Part shown: positions 44,027 through 54,730 of the stretch, piece after piece
Layout: the number at the start of each line of letters is the position of its first letter
How positions within the stretch are numbered: position 1 is the stretch's first letter
Assembly: GCA_963817895.1 (NCBI GenBank)
Contig: CAWFQB010000009.1
Location: forward strand, 94,868-158,867
Length of the DNA: 64,000 nt
Direction: 5' to 3'
Source: an uncultured Chthonomonadaceae bacterium
Lineage (GTDB): Bacteria; Armatimonadota; Chthonomonadetes; Chthonomonadales; Chthonomonadaceae
Program-made: the position numbers and the translations under genes
The notes under the pieces: generated by a model
The model's database searches: none
What the model saw: only the letters and a program-made list of their open reading frames with translations
What the model was told of the DNA's origin: nothing

Positions 44027-46165
44027 CTATTCGCGGATGCGGAAACTGGAGGTGTCGGCATCGCCGGGGAGCGGGAGCGCGTCCTGAACGGGCATGTTCA
44101 TGCGGCGTCCGCCGTTGGGAGTGCCGCCCTCGACGTACTGGCGCAGGCCGTCGCTGATCGCTTGGGCCACGCGCTGCTGAAAGTCGCCATCAATGAGGTG
44201 ACGCCGATCCTGCGTGTTGCTGATGTAGGCCACTTCGACGAGAATGGCGGGCATTTTGCTGGCGCGAAGCACGGCAAGGCCGCTGTTGTACAAAATGCCG
44301 TCTGAAAGCGCGCCCTTGCTCGGTACGCCCGATACGGCCACAATCGCCTGCTGGACGCAATTGGCGAGGGCGCGGCTGCTCGGATCGCCCATGTGATAGT
44401 ACGTGCTGGTTCCCCGGCTTTCGCTGGTGAACGAGTCGTTGTGGATGCTCACGAATAGGTCGGCGTTGATGTCGTTGGCGAGGTACGGGCGGTCGTAGAG
44501 GTTTACGTCCACGTCCTTATCCCGCGTCATCACCACTTTCGCGCCCGCCGATTCCAAAATCTCGCGCAGTCGCAGCGAAATTTGCAGCGTGATGTTCTTT
44601 TCCTGATAGCCGCCCGCCGTCGCGCCCGTTGACGAGCCACCGTGTCCGGCATCCACGACAATCACCTTATCCGCAAGCGCGCCGGTCGCGCTGCGGGGCA
44701 GGCGCAGGTCTACGGATATTTTGTTCGCCTGATTGTTGACTGTGAAGCCCACAAACCGGGACGTGTCAATGGTTACGCGGGTCAGGGGTGGCGTGTCCTG
44801 CACCAGTTCGGCGTGAATGCCGTTGAGCAGGGGATGCGACAGGGTTTGATCGGCGGACACGCCTTCCGGCAGATGCAGCAGGGCGTTGGGAATGTCTACC
44901 GCCAGTTTGCTGCCCTCCAGATAGTGAATGTACGTTCCCGCCGCGCCGCTGGTTGAGATGTCCAGATGAACGCGAGTATCGCCGTCCGGCACAAGCGCAA
45001 GGCCGCGCACTTCGATGGGAATATTGCGGTTCACAGCCCCACTCCGCGAGGGCGATTTGCCCCGGATGGAGGGCCGCGTAGAAGCATTTCCCGCTGTTGA
45101 TTTCGGTGGCGTTGTGGCATTGTCCAGGGCGTTGTTTCCGGTTTGAGGTGTCGGATTGGCGGCATTGCCCGCAACCGTTTTATCGGCCTGATCCGCGCCG
45201 ATGCCGCCCGGATGCTGCACAAGCGGCGTAGTATCGCCCTGATCGCCCGATCCACCCCCATTGGGACGCGGCAAGGGAGAAGGGGCGTTGGCGGCGATTT
45301 TATCCGTGTTTTTTTGTCCGCTTCCGGCCTTGTCGCTGCTCTTCTGCCCGCCCGCGCTTCCTGCCTGAGTGGTATTCGGACTGGACGCGACGCTTTTGCC
45401 ACTCTTGTCCTGTTTCGGATTTTGCGCCACAACGGTTTTGCCGCCCGATAGTTCCGCTGCAATCGTCAGGCTGTGGTTGGCGATGCCGTCCTGCGCCTTG
45501 ACGCGCATCCCGTCCGGCAGTTCGGCTACAATCCGCGCCGTGTCAATGCTGTACTGCGCCGCCCGCACTTTGGGGATGAATTTCTCGTTTCCCGCAAGCG
45601 GCATGGGCGCGGGCTGAAACTTCTCGTCCACGTCCGCGCCCACGCAATCTATGTAGCCACGCAACGGCTTTTCATTCATAACCATGCTCACCTGATAGGG
45701 AACCGGGAAACTGGTTGTAACGCGAACCACATTGTTTTGCAGGCGCACATCCGTAACCCGCGCCAGCAGATATACGGTATCGCCTTTGGAACCGGGAATC
45801 GGCTTGTTGTCGCGTCCCATTTTTTCCGTCCGCACAACGACCGCGTTCGCCATCCGCGCGACTTCCGACAGGGCCAGCATGGATTTGCCGTTGGGGCGGG
45901 CAAAAGCGATGTCCTGCTGCTTGTGGGTCAGCGGCATGGTGATACGCGCTGTTTCTCCTTTTTGGTCTGGCTTGCCCTCCATTCCAATCGCGCTCAGGGC
46001 TTCGAGGGGAATGAACGTTTCGCTGTTGTCAGCAATCGGCATGGTTTTACAGGCCACTTCATGCCCGCCGACCCGCAAATGAACCGGCGTCAGCGGGCCA
46101 TCCGCTTTAGCCTGCGCGCCCCAGCCAAGCGTGGTCAGCGCCGCCAGCAGAAGGCTGTACCTCAC
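44027..46165 (-). CDS. N-acetylmuramoyl-L-alanine amidase (AMIN-like domains plus Amidase_3)
   Basis: IVVDAGHGG, EKNITL, VVMTR, LFVSIHND and PAILVEVAYISN. GTG start after AGGAGAG. Confidence 0.92.
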   Translation of the reverse strand: MRYSLLLAALTTLGWGAQAKADGPLTPVHLRVGGHEVACKTMPIADNSETFIPLEALSAIGMEGKPDQKGETARITMPLTHKQQDIAFARPNGKSMLALSEVARMANAVVVRTEKMGRDNKPIPGSKGDTVYLLARVTDVRLQNNVVRVTTSFPVPYQVSMVMNEKPLRGYIDCVGADVDEKFQPAPMPLAGNEKFIPKVRAAQYSIDTARIVAELPDGMRVKAQDGIANHSLTIAAELSGGKTVVAQNPKQDKSGKSVASSPNTTQAGSAGGQKSSDKAGSGQKNTDKIAANAPSPLPRPNGGGSGDQGDTTPLVQHPGGIGADQADKTVAGNAANPTPQTGNNALDNATTPPKSTAGNASTRPSIRGKSPSRSGAVNRNIPIEVRGLALVPDGDTRVHLDISTSGAAGTYIHYLEGSKLAVDIPNALLHLPEGVSADQTLSHPLLNGIHAELVQDTPPLTRVTIDTSRFVGFTVNNQANKISVDLRLPRSATGALADKVIVVDAGHGGSSTGATAGGYQEKNITLQISLRLREILESAGAKVVMTRDKDVDVNLYDRPYLANDINADLFVSIHNDSFTSESRGTSTYYHMGDPSSRALANCVQQAIVAVSGVPSKGALSDGILYNSGLAVLRASKMPAILVEVAYISNTQDRRHLIDGDFQQRVAQAISDGLRQYVEGGTPNGGRRMNMPVQDALPLPGDADTSSFRIRE

Positions 46166-46645
46166 CCGAACCCCTCTCCTTGCCGCTCCTGCGTCGCTAA
46201 AAGAGGGGCTTTTTTTGTATAGATGATGTAAAGCGCCGACGCCGTTTTCCTTGCGGAACGGAGCGGCAAAAGGAGTCACAGAATCAGCGCAGGGTTTGTT
46301 GTTGAATTGCATGGTGAAGCACCTACCTTCGGGGCGGAAACATCCGGCTTGAAACTTAGTTCCAAACGTCGGATAATCGCCCGATCTCTGTTCAAGATGG
46401 CGGACGCTGAATAGCGCGTAATGAAGCGGAAACGTTCAAACCAACGGAAATGTGACACAGCGGACTGCGGCACGGGAAAGTGTCAAGGTATCAACAGGAA
46501 TTGTAACAAGCGAGTCGGCAGCGAGGCGCAAACTCATTCTAAACGGACGACAGCAAGCGGGAAAAGTTACCTGCCCTGCGCAAGTATAACCTACTTTTCC
46601 CGCTATTGTCCATATTTAAGTGAAAAAGATAAACAGCGTTGCTTC

Positions 46646-48202
46646 TTACCACCGTTCGCAGACGGATTTGGCCTGCATGAACAAGCCTAAGTAGTCGCGC
46701 CCACCGGCTTTGCTGTCCGTGCCGCTCATGTTGAAGCCGCCGAAGGGTTGCACATCCACGAGTGCGCCCGTGCATTTGCGGTTCAGGTACAGGTTGCCGA
46801 CGTGGAATTCGTGACGGGCGCGTTCCAGATGGTCGCGGTTGTAGCTGAACACGGCTCCAGTCAGGGCGTAATCGGTGCTGTTGGCGATTTCCAGCGCGTG
46901 GTCGAAGTCTTCAGCGCGAAGGACGGCGAGAACCGGGCCGAAAATCTCCTCCTGCGCGATCCGGGCGTGGGCGTCCACATCGGCGATAATCGTCGGATGG
47001 ATGAAATAGCCGCCTTCGAGCATGTCTGTGGACTCGTCGCCGCCCAGCACGATTCGCCCCTCGCCGCGCCCGATAGCGATGTACTTCAAAATTTTCTGGT
47101 ACGCGCCCTCGTCTATCACCGCGCCCATATAGTTGTTGAAGTGGCTCGGATCGCCAATCGTCAGTTTGGAAGCCCGCTCTACCACTTTCGCCAGCAGCGC
47201 GTCATAGATTTTGGTATGCGCGATCAGGCGGGAACAGGCGGAACACTTTTGCCCCTGAAACCCGAACGCCGAAGCCACCACGTCCATTGCCGCCGCATCG
47301 AGATTGACATCCTCATCTACAATAATGGCATCTTTGCCGCCCATCTCCAATATTCCGCGCCGCAGGAACTTCTGCCCCGGCTGATGAATTGCAATGCGCT
47401 CGTGAATGCGCAGCCCGACCTCCCGGCTGCCGGTAAACGACACAAAGCGCACATCCTTGTGTCCCGTCAGGGTTTCGCCCACGATTTCGCCCGGTCCCGG
47501 CGCGAAGTTGACCACGCCCGGCGGCAGATTGACGGACTCGAACAGTTCAAACAGTTTGGCCCCGATAACCGGAGTTTGCTCTGCCGGTTTCATAATCACG
47601 GTATTACCGGTGACAATCGCGGCTGCCGTCATGCCGCACAAAATGGCGAGCGGAAAGTTCCACGGGGCAATCACCGCACCCACGCCAAGCGACAGATATC
47701 GAACCTCGTTTTCCTCGCCCGGATACGGCGTTGTCGGGTGCGAACCGCCCAACCGTACCGCCTCACGCGCGTAAAATTCCAGAAAGTCAACGGCTTCCGC
47801 CGCGTCCGCATACGCCTCGTTCCAGCTTTTGCTGGCCTCGTAAACCATCCACGCGGAAAACTCGTAAATCCGCCGCCGCATTATCGCCGCCGCTTTGACC
47901 AGATAGCGGGCGCGAACATCGGCGGGCGTTCGCGACCATTGCGGGAATGCATCCACCGCCGCCTGTACCGCCTGATTGGTGGTTTCCTCCGTGCCGTCGT
48001 ACACATATCCCACGATCTGACTCATGCGCGCGGGATTGCGGCTTGTCGTCTTGTGTTCCGTCTCAATCGGTTCGCCGTTGATAATTAGCGGGTACGCGCG
48101 CCCCATTTCATGCGCCACTTTCGCCAGCGCCTCCTCCATCTTGCGACGCGGACGCTCCTCATTGAAATTCACATAGGGTTCGTTTTGAAACGGAGTAAAC
48201 AT
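46646..48202 (-). CDS. pruA: L-glutamate gamma-semialdehyde (P5C) dehydrogenase
   Basis: PFQNEP, EAVDFLEFYAR, PWNFP, EMGGKDA, SAFGFQGQKCSACSR and QPFGGFNMSGTDSKAGG. Confidence 0.95.
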   Translation of the reverse strand: MFTPFQNEPYVNFNEERPRRKMEEALAKVAHEMGRAYPLIINGEPIETEHKTTSRNPARMSQIVGYVYDGTEETTNQAVQAAVDAFPQWSRTPADVRARYLVKAAAIMRRRIYEFSAWMVYEASKSWNEAYADAAEAVDFLEFYAREAVRLGGSHPTTPYPGEENEVRYLSLGVGAVIAPWNFPLAILCGMTAAAIVTGNTVIMKPAEQTPVIGAKLFELFESVNLPPGVVNFAPGPGEIVGETLTGHKDVRFVSFTGSREVGLRIHERIAIHQPGQKFLRRGILEMGGKDAIIVDEDVNLDAAAMDVVASAFGFQGQKCSACSRLIAHTKIYDALLAKVVERASKLTIGDPSHFNNYMGAVIDEGAYQKILKYIAIGRGEGRIVLGGDESTDMLEGGYFIHPTIIADVDAHARIAQEEIFGPVLAVLRAEDFDHALEIANSTDYALTGAVFSYNRDHLERARHEFHVGNLYLNRKCTGALVDVQPFGGFNMSGTDSKAGGRDYLGLFMQAKSVCERW

Positions 48203-48215
48203 GATGGGTTCCTTT

Positions 48216-48290
48216 TAGGTTGTTAGTTGTTAGTCCATTCACCTGAGTGGCGTAACCTAAAGACCTAACAACCTAACAACTAACAACCTA
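48216..48290. repeat. Inverted heptamer-repeat element
   Basis: 18-bp perfect inverted repeat TAGGTTGTTAGTTGTTAG / CTAACAACTAACAACCTA. Confidence 0.8.
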
Positions 48291-48659
48291 TACAGCTTCC
48301 ACGCGCATACCGACGCGCAAAGCCGTTCGCGTCAGGGTTCCGGCGGGGAGTTCTACAATGGTTTTGGCCCGCCATACCGGGCCACAGGCGCGACAAGAAT
48401 GGAGACGGGAAACGGTTCGCAGGATGCGGCCCTCCCCGTCGAGAAACAAAACATCAATCGGAAAGCGGACGCCGAACGTATGAATAGCATTGCACGAGCG
48501 CAGCCACAGCCCCGTGTCTGACGGAAATTCGCGCCTTCCCATCAGGCCAACGGTTTGCTGCCAGAGTGTCGCGGCGATTTCCAGGCGCGGCACGAGTATC
48601 TCCCCGGTTTGCGCATCGCGTAACTGTTTGGACGACGTATTCATGCCTCCTCGTTCCAT
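48288..48659 (-). CDS. DUF192-family protein
   Basis: VGLMGR, IHTFGVRFPIDVLFLD and IVELPAG. Confidence 0.88.
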   Translation of the reverse strand: MERGGMNTSSKQLRDAQTGEILVPRLEIAATLWQQTVGLMGRREFPSDTGLWLRSCNAIHTFGVRFPIDVLFLDGEGRILRTVSRLHSCRACGPVWRAKTIVELPAGTLTRTALRVGMRVEAV

Positions 48660-48708
48660 TCACCATTATATTCTTCAGTTCGCAGTGATTATGCCTGCCT
48701 GAACTCCT

Positions 48709-48738
48709 ATTCGCGTTTATTCGCGTTCATTTGCGGCT
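48709..48738. repeat. Decamer tandem repeat, copy 2
   Basis: attcgcgtttattcgcgttcatttgcggct. Confidence 0.8.
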
Positions 48739-48767
48739 AAATTTTCCTCATCTTGCGGCGACAGGGC

Positions 48768-49853
48768 TTACCGTTGCGTTTCAATGCGGAGCGTTTTTCC
48801 GTCAGAGATAGCGGTAATGTGTCCTCGCTCGTCGGTGCGCAGGATTTCTGCGCCTGCGGCTTTCAGTCGTTCCAGGACTTGCGGGTGGGGGTGCCCGTTG
48901 CGATTATTCGCGTCTACGGAAATTACGGCATAGCGCGGTTTCACGGCCTGCAAAAACCGGGCGGACGTGGACTGCCTGCCGCCGTGATGCCCCACTTTCA
49001 ATACGTCGCAGCGCACATTCTGGCGACTGCGCAACATCTCGTTTTCCGAATCCGTCTCGGCATCGCCGGTTAGTAGAAACGACGTTTTACCGTATTCGAC
49101 GCGCAGTACAAGGCTCGTGTTGTTGACATTCGCTAGGGGCAAATCAGAGTAGAAGGACTCCATTTCGATGTTTTGCTCCAATTCACCTTGCCTAAATGAC
49201 CAGGCATAGGTCTGTTTAGGAGTTGGGGCCAACGCCAGCAGCGTAACTCCATCTCCGCAATGCAGTTTCCAGCCGAGACTGCCGACTGCACAGGGAACAT
49301 TCCGTTTTTCCGCTTCTGCCCGATACCGCTTATACGTCTTTGCGGTTGAATCCAATCCATTATCCACCAACTGCGCGACCGGCAGATTTTGCAGCAGAGT
49401 GGCCGCGCCGCCAACGTGGTCGGGGTGCGGGTGCGTGAGCAGCAGCAAATCAATGCGCTTGCATTTACGGCTGCGCAGGTAGGGCAAAACAACCGTTCGG
49501 CCCCGGTCATTGCCGTTGCTCAGGGTTCCGCCCGTGTCCACAATCAGGGTTTTGCCGGATGGTGTTTCCAATACTATCGCGTCGCCCTTGCCCACATCCA
49601 GAAACGTTACGCGCAGGGGCGACCTCTGCGCCACATTGCGCGGAATTGCCGACGCCACTGGTCCAGAACGCCCCTGATGATGTATTGCCCCGAACGCGAA
49701 CAGAACGCCCACCATCAGGCAAAACGCCTGCGCCCACATTTGCCGCCTTCTGCCGGAATGGAAACACGCCTGCCCTACAAGCCACAGGCTAGCCACAACA
49801 ATTCCCGCGTTGGGATACGCCCGCGCCCATTTACGCAATTGTGTCACGTTCAC
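48768..49853 (-). CDS. ComEC/Rec2-like metallo-beta-lactamase-fold hydrolase
   Basis: FLDVGKGDA, THPHPDHVGG, NNTSLV, LLTGDAE, LKVGHHG and RTDERG. The GTG start overlaps the upstream stop. Confidence 0.88.
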   Translation of the reverse strand: MNVTQLRKWARAYPNAGIVVASLWLVGQACFHSGRRRQMWAQAFCLMVGVLFAFGAIHHQGRSGPVASAIPRNVAQRSPLRVTFLDVGKGDAIVLETPSGKTLIVDTGGTLSNGNDRGRTVVLPYLRSRKCKRIDLLLLTHPHPDHVGGAATLLQNLPVAQLVDNGLDSTAKTYKRYRAEAEKRNVPCAVGSLGWKLHCGDGVTLLALAPTPKQTYAWSFRQGELEQNIEMESFYSDLPLANVNNTSLVLRVEYGKTSFLLTGDAETDSENEMLRSRQNVRCDVLKVGHHGGRQSTSARFLQAVKPRYAVISVDANNRNGHPHPQVLERLKAAGAEILRTDERGHITAISDGKTLRIETQR

Positions 49854-52800
49854 GATGTTTCCCGCCCCTCCCGCGCCTGCGTATTTTGCAGCGCATACTC
49901 TGCCGCCTGCTCCCAATCCAGGGCATGTCCCTCTTCCCACGCCCCTGCAAAGGTGGCTGCGCCAAGCGCCGAACGAACCTGCTCTGCTTCGCGGTTGTAG
50001 TTCTCTTGTTCTACAACAGTCAGCGCAGCCCCGATGCTTTCGCGCAGCGCGGCTGCGGCTCCCCACAGTCGCGCGGCCTTTTCGCCTTCTGACTGCATGG
50101 CGAAAATCGCTGCCAGATCATGTATATTCCCCGCTATCCCTTCCCTGTCTTTCAGTTCAAGAAACAGGCTCAGGCTGTCAGTCAATTGTTTCCGCGCGGT
50201 CGCGTCCTCATCTAAACGGCGCGACACATCAGCCAGGCGGTTGAGCGACGACGCGATGCCTTTTTTATCCTCAAGTTCCCTAAAAATTGTCAGGCTCTCC
50301 TCAAATAGCGGACGCGCCGCCACAATGCCGCCCTCCCCCAGCGCTGCCAGACCCAGGTTGTTAAGAGACCACGCGACGCTGGCCCTGTGTCCTATTTCCC
50401 GTCGAATATGCAGGCTCTCTTCATGCAAAGCGCGCGCCGCAGGATAGTCGCCCTGCGCATACGCCAGACCGCCCAGGTTACTGAGGGTGTACGCGATGCC
50501 CTGCTTGTCCTTCAATCGCTGCCGGATAGCCAGACTCTCTTCCAGCTGCGTTCGCGCAAGTTCGTAATCGCCCTGTAATCGGGCCAGATTGCCCAGGGAG
50601 GAGAGCGTCAGGCTTAATCCCTGCTCATCCTCCAACTCGCGATAAATCTGGAGGGACTCTTCTCCTAACGTTTTCGCCTGGGCGTACCCCCCCTGTTCCC
50701 GAAGAATGTTGCCCAGATTGCCGAGAGATTTGGCAATGCCCTGTTTATCGCTTATCTGCCGGTACAGGCTCATACTCTCCTGATGCAAGGACCAGGCGGC
50801 GGCAGAGTTGTTGCGGTGACGCGCCAGATTACCCAGATTGTTGAGGACCGACGCCATGCCGCGCTTGTTCTCCTGCTTCCTGTAGATAGCAAGGCTCTCC
50901 TCATGGAACGTCCGGGTGGTGGCATAATCCCCCTGATTCAGCGCCAGCGCTCCCGCCCCGTTCAACGCTGTTGCCCGCGCTTCAGTCTCCTCGCGCACTC
51001 CTTCCCGGTTTAATGCCGTTCCAAGATACTGCCGCCCTTCGCTGATACGCCCCCGCATTTTCCAGTACCACCATAACGCGCCCGTCAAACGCAGGCCCCA
51101 TTCCGCTTCCGATGCGTCCGCCGCGCTCCATGCCAGCGCAGCCTGTAGATTGCCATAGTCCATTTCCAGCCGCTCCAGCCACGCCGACTGCCGCGCGCCT
51201 CTTAACTCCGGCGCAATTGTTTCCGCCCAAACCGTGAACCAGGCCAGATGCCTGTCTCGCAATGCTTCTGCTTGTCCGCTTGCCTGTAGTTTTTCCGCCG
51301 CGTACTGCCGAACCATTTCCAGCAAACGATACCGTCCGTCGCCTGCATCCTGTGCCTCAAACACCACCAGCGACTTATCTACCAGCGAGGTCAGCGCGTC
51401 CAGCACGAACAAAGGATGAAGGATGAAGGATGAAGGATGAATAGGAGCGGCATTATCTTCATCCTTCATCCTTCCGCCTTCATCCTTTGCTATGGCTTCT
51501 GCCGCTTCCAGCGTCCAGCCGCCGGAGAATACGGACAGGCCGCGCAGCAGGCCGCGCTCCGGTTCGCTTAACAGGGTGTAAGACCAGTCCAGGGTGGCCC
51601 GCAGCGTCTGCTGGCGCGACAGCGCGGTTCGGCTTCCTCCGGTCAGCAATGCCAACTCGTTGTTGAGGCGGGCGGCGATTTGTTCGACTGTGATGGACTT
51701 GACGCGGGCGGCGGCCAACTCAATGGCGAGCGGAAGCCCCTCCAATCGGAAACAGATGTCGGCAATGGCCCGCGCGTTGCCGCCGGTCAGTTGAAACGAC
51801 TTTTGGACGGCCTGCGCCCGCTCTACGAAAAGCCGCGCGCCCTCGTAGCCCGCAAGGACGCGCATAAGCGTCGTTTGTCCGTGCGGCAAATGGTCGGGAT
51901 TGGGTACGGCAAGGCAGGGTACGGCCCAGGCCGTTTCCCCGGTGATCCCCAACGCTTCCCGGCTAGTGGCTAAAATGCGGATGCCTTCACACTCCCGCAA
52001 AAGATGCTGCGCAACCCGCGCGCTGGCTTCCAGCAGGTGTTCGCAGTTGTCCAATACCAGCAGCAGCCGCTTTTTTCGCAGGTGTTCCACAACGCTTTGC
52101 AGCAAAGACCGCCCCGGCTGCTCCTGTGCGCCCAGTACGGAAGCGATCTGCGCCGGGATGCGTTCGCCGTCCGCCAGAGCCTCCAATGCCACGAGCCACA
52201 CGCCATCCGTATACTCGCCGACGGCTTCCCTCGCGACCTCGAGGGCGAGTCGTGTTTTGCCGATACCGCCCATGCCCGTCAGCGTCACCAATCGGGAACG
52301 CCGCAGTCGCGTCATCACCTCCTCGCGCTCGTCCTCCCTGCCAACCAGATCGGTAAGGGAGTGCGGCAGATAGCCCATTACTTTTGGCGGGGCCAGAGGT
52401 TCCCTGCCTGAATTGGCGGATACGCGGGGCGGCTGCCGCGCTTCCATCCGCAAACGCTCGTACAGCGCGCGCGTCTGCGCGTCCGGCACGGCATTGGGGT
52501 CGTCGCGCAACAGGGCAATCAGGTCGCGATACGCCTGTAATGCGGCATTGTGGTCGCCGTTCCCGGCAAGCGCCTGCATCCATCCGCGCCGCGCCGCTTC
52601 CCGCAGTGGTTCCACCGTGACGGCTTTCTGGTAATAGCCTGCTGCCGCGACATAATTTTGCTCCGACAGGGCCGCATCTCCCAGTTTTTGCAGCGAGCGA
52701 AGACAATTCTGTTCGCGAATGTTCCGTTCCTGAAACACCCACTCTTCCAAACAGCCCTCCAGCAATGGCCCGCGATACAGCGCAATGGCCTGTTCCAATT

Positions 52801-53171
52801 CCTCCTGCTTCCCATTGGAAATGGCGGTATCAAAACGCAGAACATCCACAACCGCGCCGGTAAAATCCATCCGCAGCGTGGGGCGCGTGGGCGACTGCAA
52901 ACGCGCGGCTTGACTGCCCAATCCGTTGCGCAGTTCGCTCAGAACCGGGCGCAGGTTGGCAAACGCCTGCGTCTGATCCAGGTCGGGCCAGAGCGTCGCG
53001 GCCAGCCATTCCCGCTCCACAGGACGGTCATGGCGCAGGGCAAGGAGCGCCAGCAGCCAGAGTCCCTTTCGGGAACGCATACGCGGCAGTTCCTGCCCGT
53101 CCACCAGCGCCTGCATCGGTCCGAAAAGCGTGACGACAAGCGGCGCGTTCTGCATTTCCGGCATGGTCATG
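49850..53171 (-). CDS. AfsR/SARP-like STAND regulator (wHTH-BTAD-NB-ARC-TPR)
   Basis: LYRGPLL (BTAD), TLTGMGGIGKTRLA, LLVLDNCEH, ATSRE, LEGLPLAIELAA and many TPRs. Confidence 0.92.
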
Positions 53172-53383
53172 GCTGTAATTCTCCCTTCTGGCCGCAACAT
53201 GGCGCGAATGACGTTTCACACTGCAAACATTCGGGAAACAGGAACGTTTTTCCTGCTCTATGGGAACGTTACGGACAATACGCGCCCCGCACAATAGGGT
53301 TGTCATTGAGCAGCGTCGGCTTTTCGGCGCAACAGGAAGAATTTGACAAGAGTTTACGCGGAAGAATTTGAAAGGAGATTGTT

Positions 53384-54217
53384 ATGACTGACAGCGCTAC
53401 CCATTCGGCGACTGCCGGAACTATCGTTCTTATACACGGACTGTGGATGACGCCCCTGTGCTGGGAACACTGGATTGCGCGCTACGAAGATAAGGGCTAT
53501 AAGGTTCTTGCCCCCGGGTGGCCCGGCATGGACAGAAGCGTGGAAGACATCCGCCGCGATCCGTCCAATCTCGCCGGACTTGGCGTGACGGAAATCGTGA
53601 ACCATTACGAGCAGATCATCAGGAGTTTGGATACGCCGCCGATTATCATGGGCCATTCGTTCGGTGGCCTGTTCACGCAGATTCTGCTGGATCGGGGATT
53701 GGGCGCGGCAGGCATCGCGCTCGACTCCGCTCCCGTCAAAGGCATCCTGCTGCTGCCGTTTTCCTCCCTGCGGGTTTCGTTTCCCGCTCTCAGCAACCCG
53801 TTCAATTACCATAAGGTAGCCGGACTTACGCCGAAACAGTTTCATTACGCTTTCGGCAACCTGATGAGCGAGGAGGAGTCCCGGCAGGTGTATGACCGTT
53901 ACGCCGTTCCCGGCCCCGACCACGTTTTGTTTCAGGCGGGCCTTGCCAACTTCAACCCTCATGCGGCGACAAGCGTGAATTTCGACAACCCTGACCGCGC
54001 GCCTCTCCTGCTCGTTGCAGGCGGCAAAGACCACATCGCTCCGGCATCTGTGACCCGCGCCAACTACCATCTTTACAGCCACTCCCGCGCCATCACGGAC
54101 TTCAAGGAGTTCCCGAACCGTTCGCACTACACGCTCGGCGAACCCGGATGGGAAGAGGCAGCGGATTACGCCCTCGAATGGGCAGCAGACCACCGCGCCG
54201 CCGCATTAAGCCATTAG
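53384..54217 (+). CDS. Alpha/beta hydrolase
   Basis: IHGLW, GHSFGG nucleophile elbow, GGKDH and NRSH. Confidence 0.9.
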   Translation: MTDSATHSATAGTIVLIHGLWMTPLCWEHWIARYEDKGYKVLAPGWPGMDRSVEDIRRDPSNLAGLGVTEIVNHYEQIIRSLDTPPIIMGHSFGGLFTQILLDRGLGAAGIALDSAPVKGILLLPFSSLRVSFPALSNPFNYHKVAGLTPKQFHYAFGNLMSEEESRQVYDRYAVPGPDHVLFQAGLANFNPHAATSVNFDNPDRAPLLLVAGGKDHIAPASVTRANYHLYSHSRAITDFKEFPNRSHYTLGEPGWEEAADYALEWAADHRAAALSH

Positions 54218-54233
54218 AAGCAATTCCATGCAA

Positions 54234-54266
54234 ATAGGGGCGTGATGAATCACGCCCATGATCTAC
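54234..54266. repeat. GTAG-class REP-like palindrome
   Basis: ATAGGGGCGTGA-tgaa-TCACGCCC. A related GTAGGCGCGTGATTTATCACG lies on the minus strand at about 15181..15201. Confidence 0.55.
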
Positions 54267-54315
54267 ATCACGCCTATGATGCCCGTTACATGCCGGTTAT
54301 GAAAGGAAAAACAAA

Positions 54316-54555
54316 ATGGATACCCCTGTATTGCTTCCCAACAACACGCTGATAACGGCGACGCCCGAAGAGGGACGCCAGCTTGCCGTCCATATCGCTC
54401 GCCTGATTGTTAAATTCACGCAGCCGGACGAGAACAAGCGCAAAGAGATTCGCGAAGTCTACGCGAATGACGCGGGGATGCTGATCGCCATTACGCAGGT
54501 CGTCGCCACGGAGTTCGCCACCATTGCCGCCGCCAACAACTACTGGAAACCCTAA
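54316..54555 (+). CDS. Hexameric tyrosine-coordinated heme protein (HTHP)
   Basis: TLITATPEEGRQLA, TQPD, YANDA and VVATEFAT in a 79-aa protein. Confidence 0.88.
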   Translation: MDTPVLLPNNTLITATPEEGRQLAVHIARLIVKFTQPDENKRKEIREVYANDAGMLIAITQVVATEFATIAAANNYWKP

Positions 54556-54657
54556 GAGCCTCTCCCAATAGGCCGGGTACAGAGAACGTACCTGTCTGAG
54601 TGGCCTACGGCCAGGCGTCCTTCGGACGCAAATGCAATCGCCTATTGGGATAGGCTC
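54556..54657. mobile_element. 102-bp MITE with 18-bp terminal inverted repeats and a TAA duplication
   Basis: GAGCCTCTCCCAATAGGC versus reverse complement GAGCCTATCCCAATAGGC (17 of 18 match). TAA at 54553-54555 and 54658-54660. Confidence 0.85.
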
Positions 54658-54730
54658 TAAGCCGCGCGAAAATTTCGGGTTGTAATTGCTCAGGCTGAGT
54701 AATTCAGCCTGAATTGCTCAGGAGGTTGTT

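Noticed and set aside
46330..46640. Known riboswitch (c-di-AMP or c-di-GMP) upstream of the amidase
   Set aside because: I could not find the consensus motifs by eye. Only generic pairing is reported.
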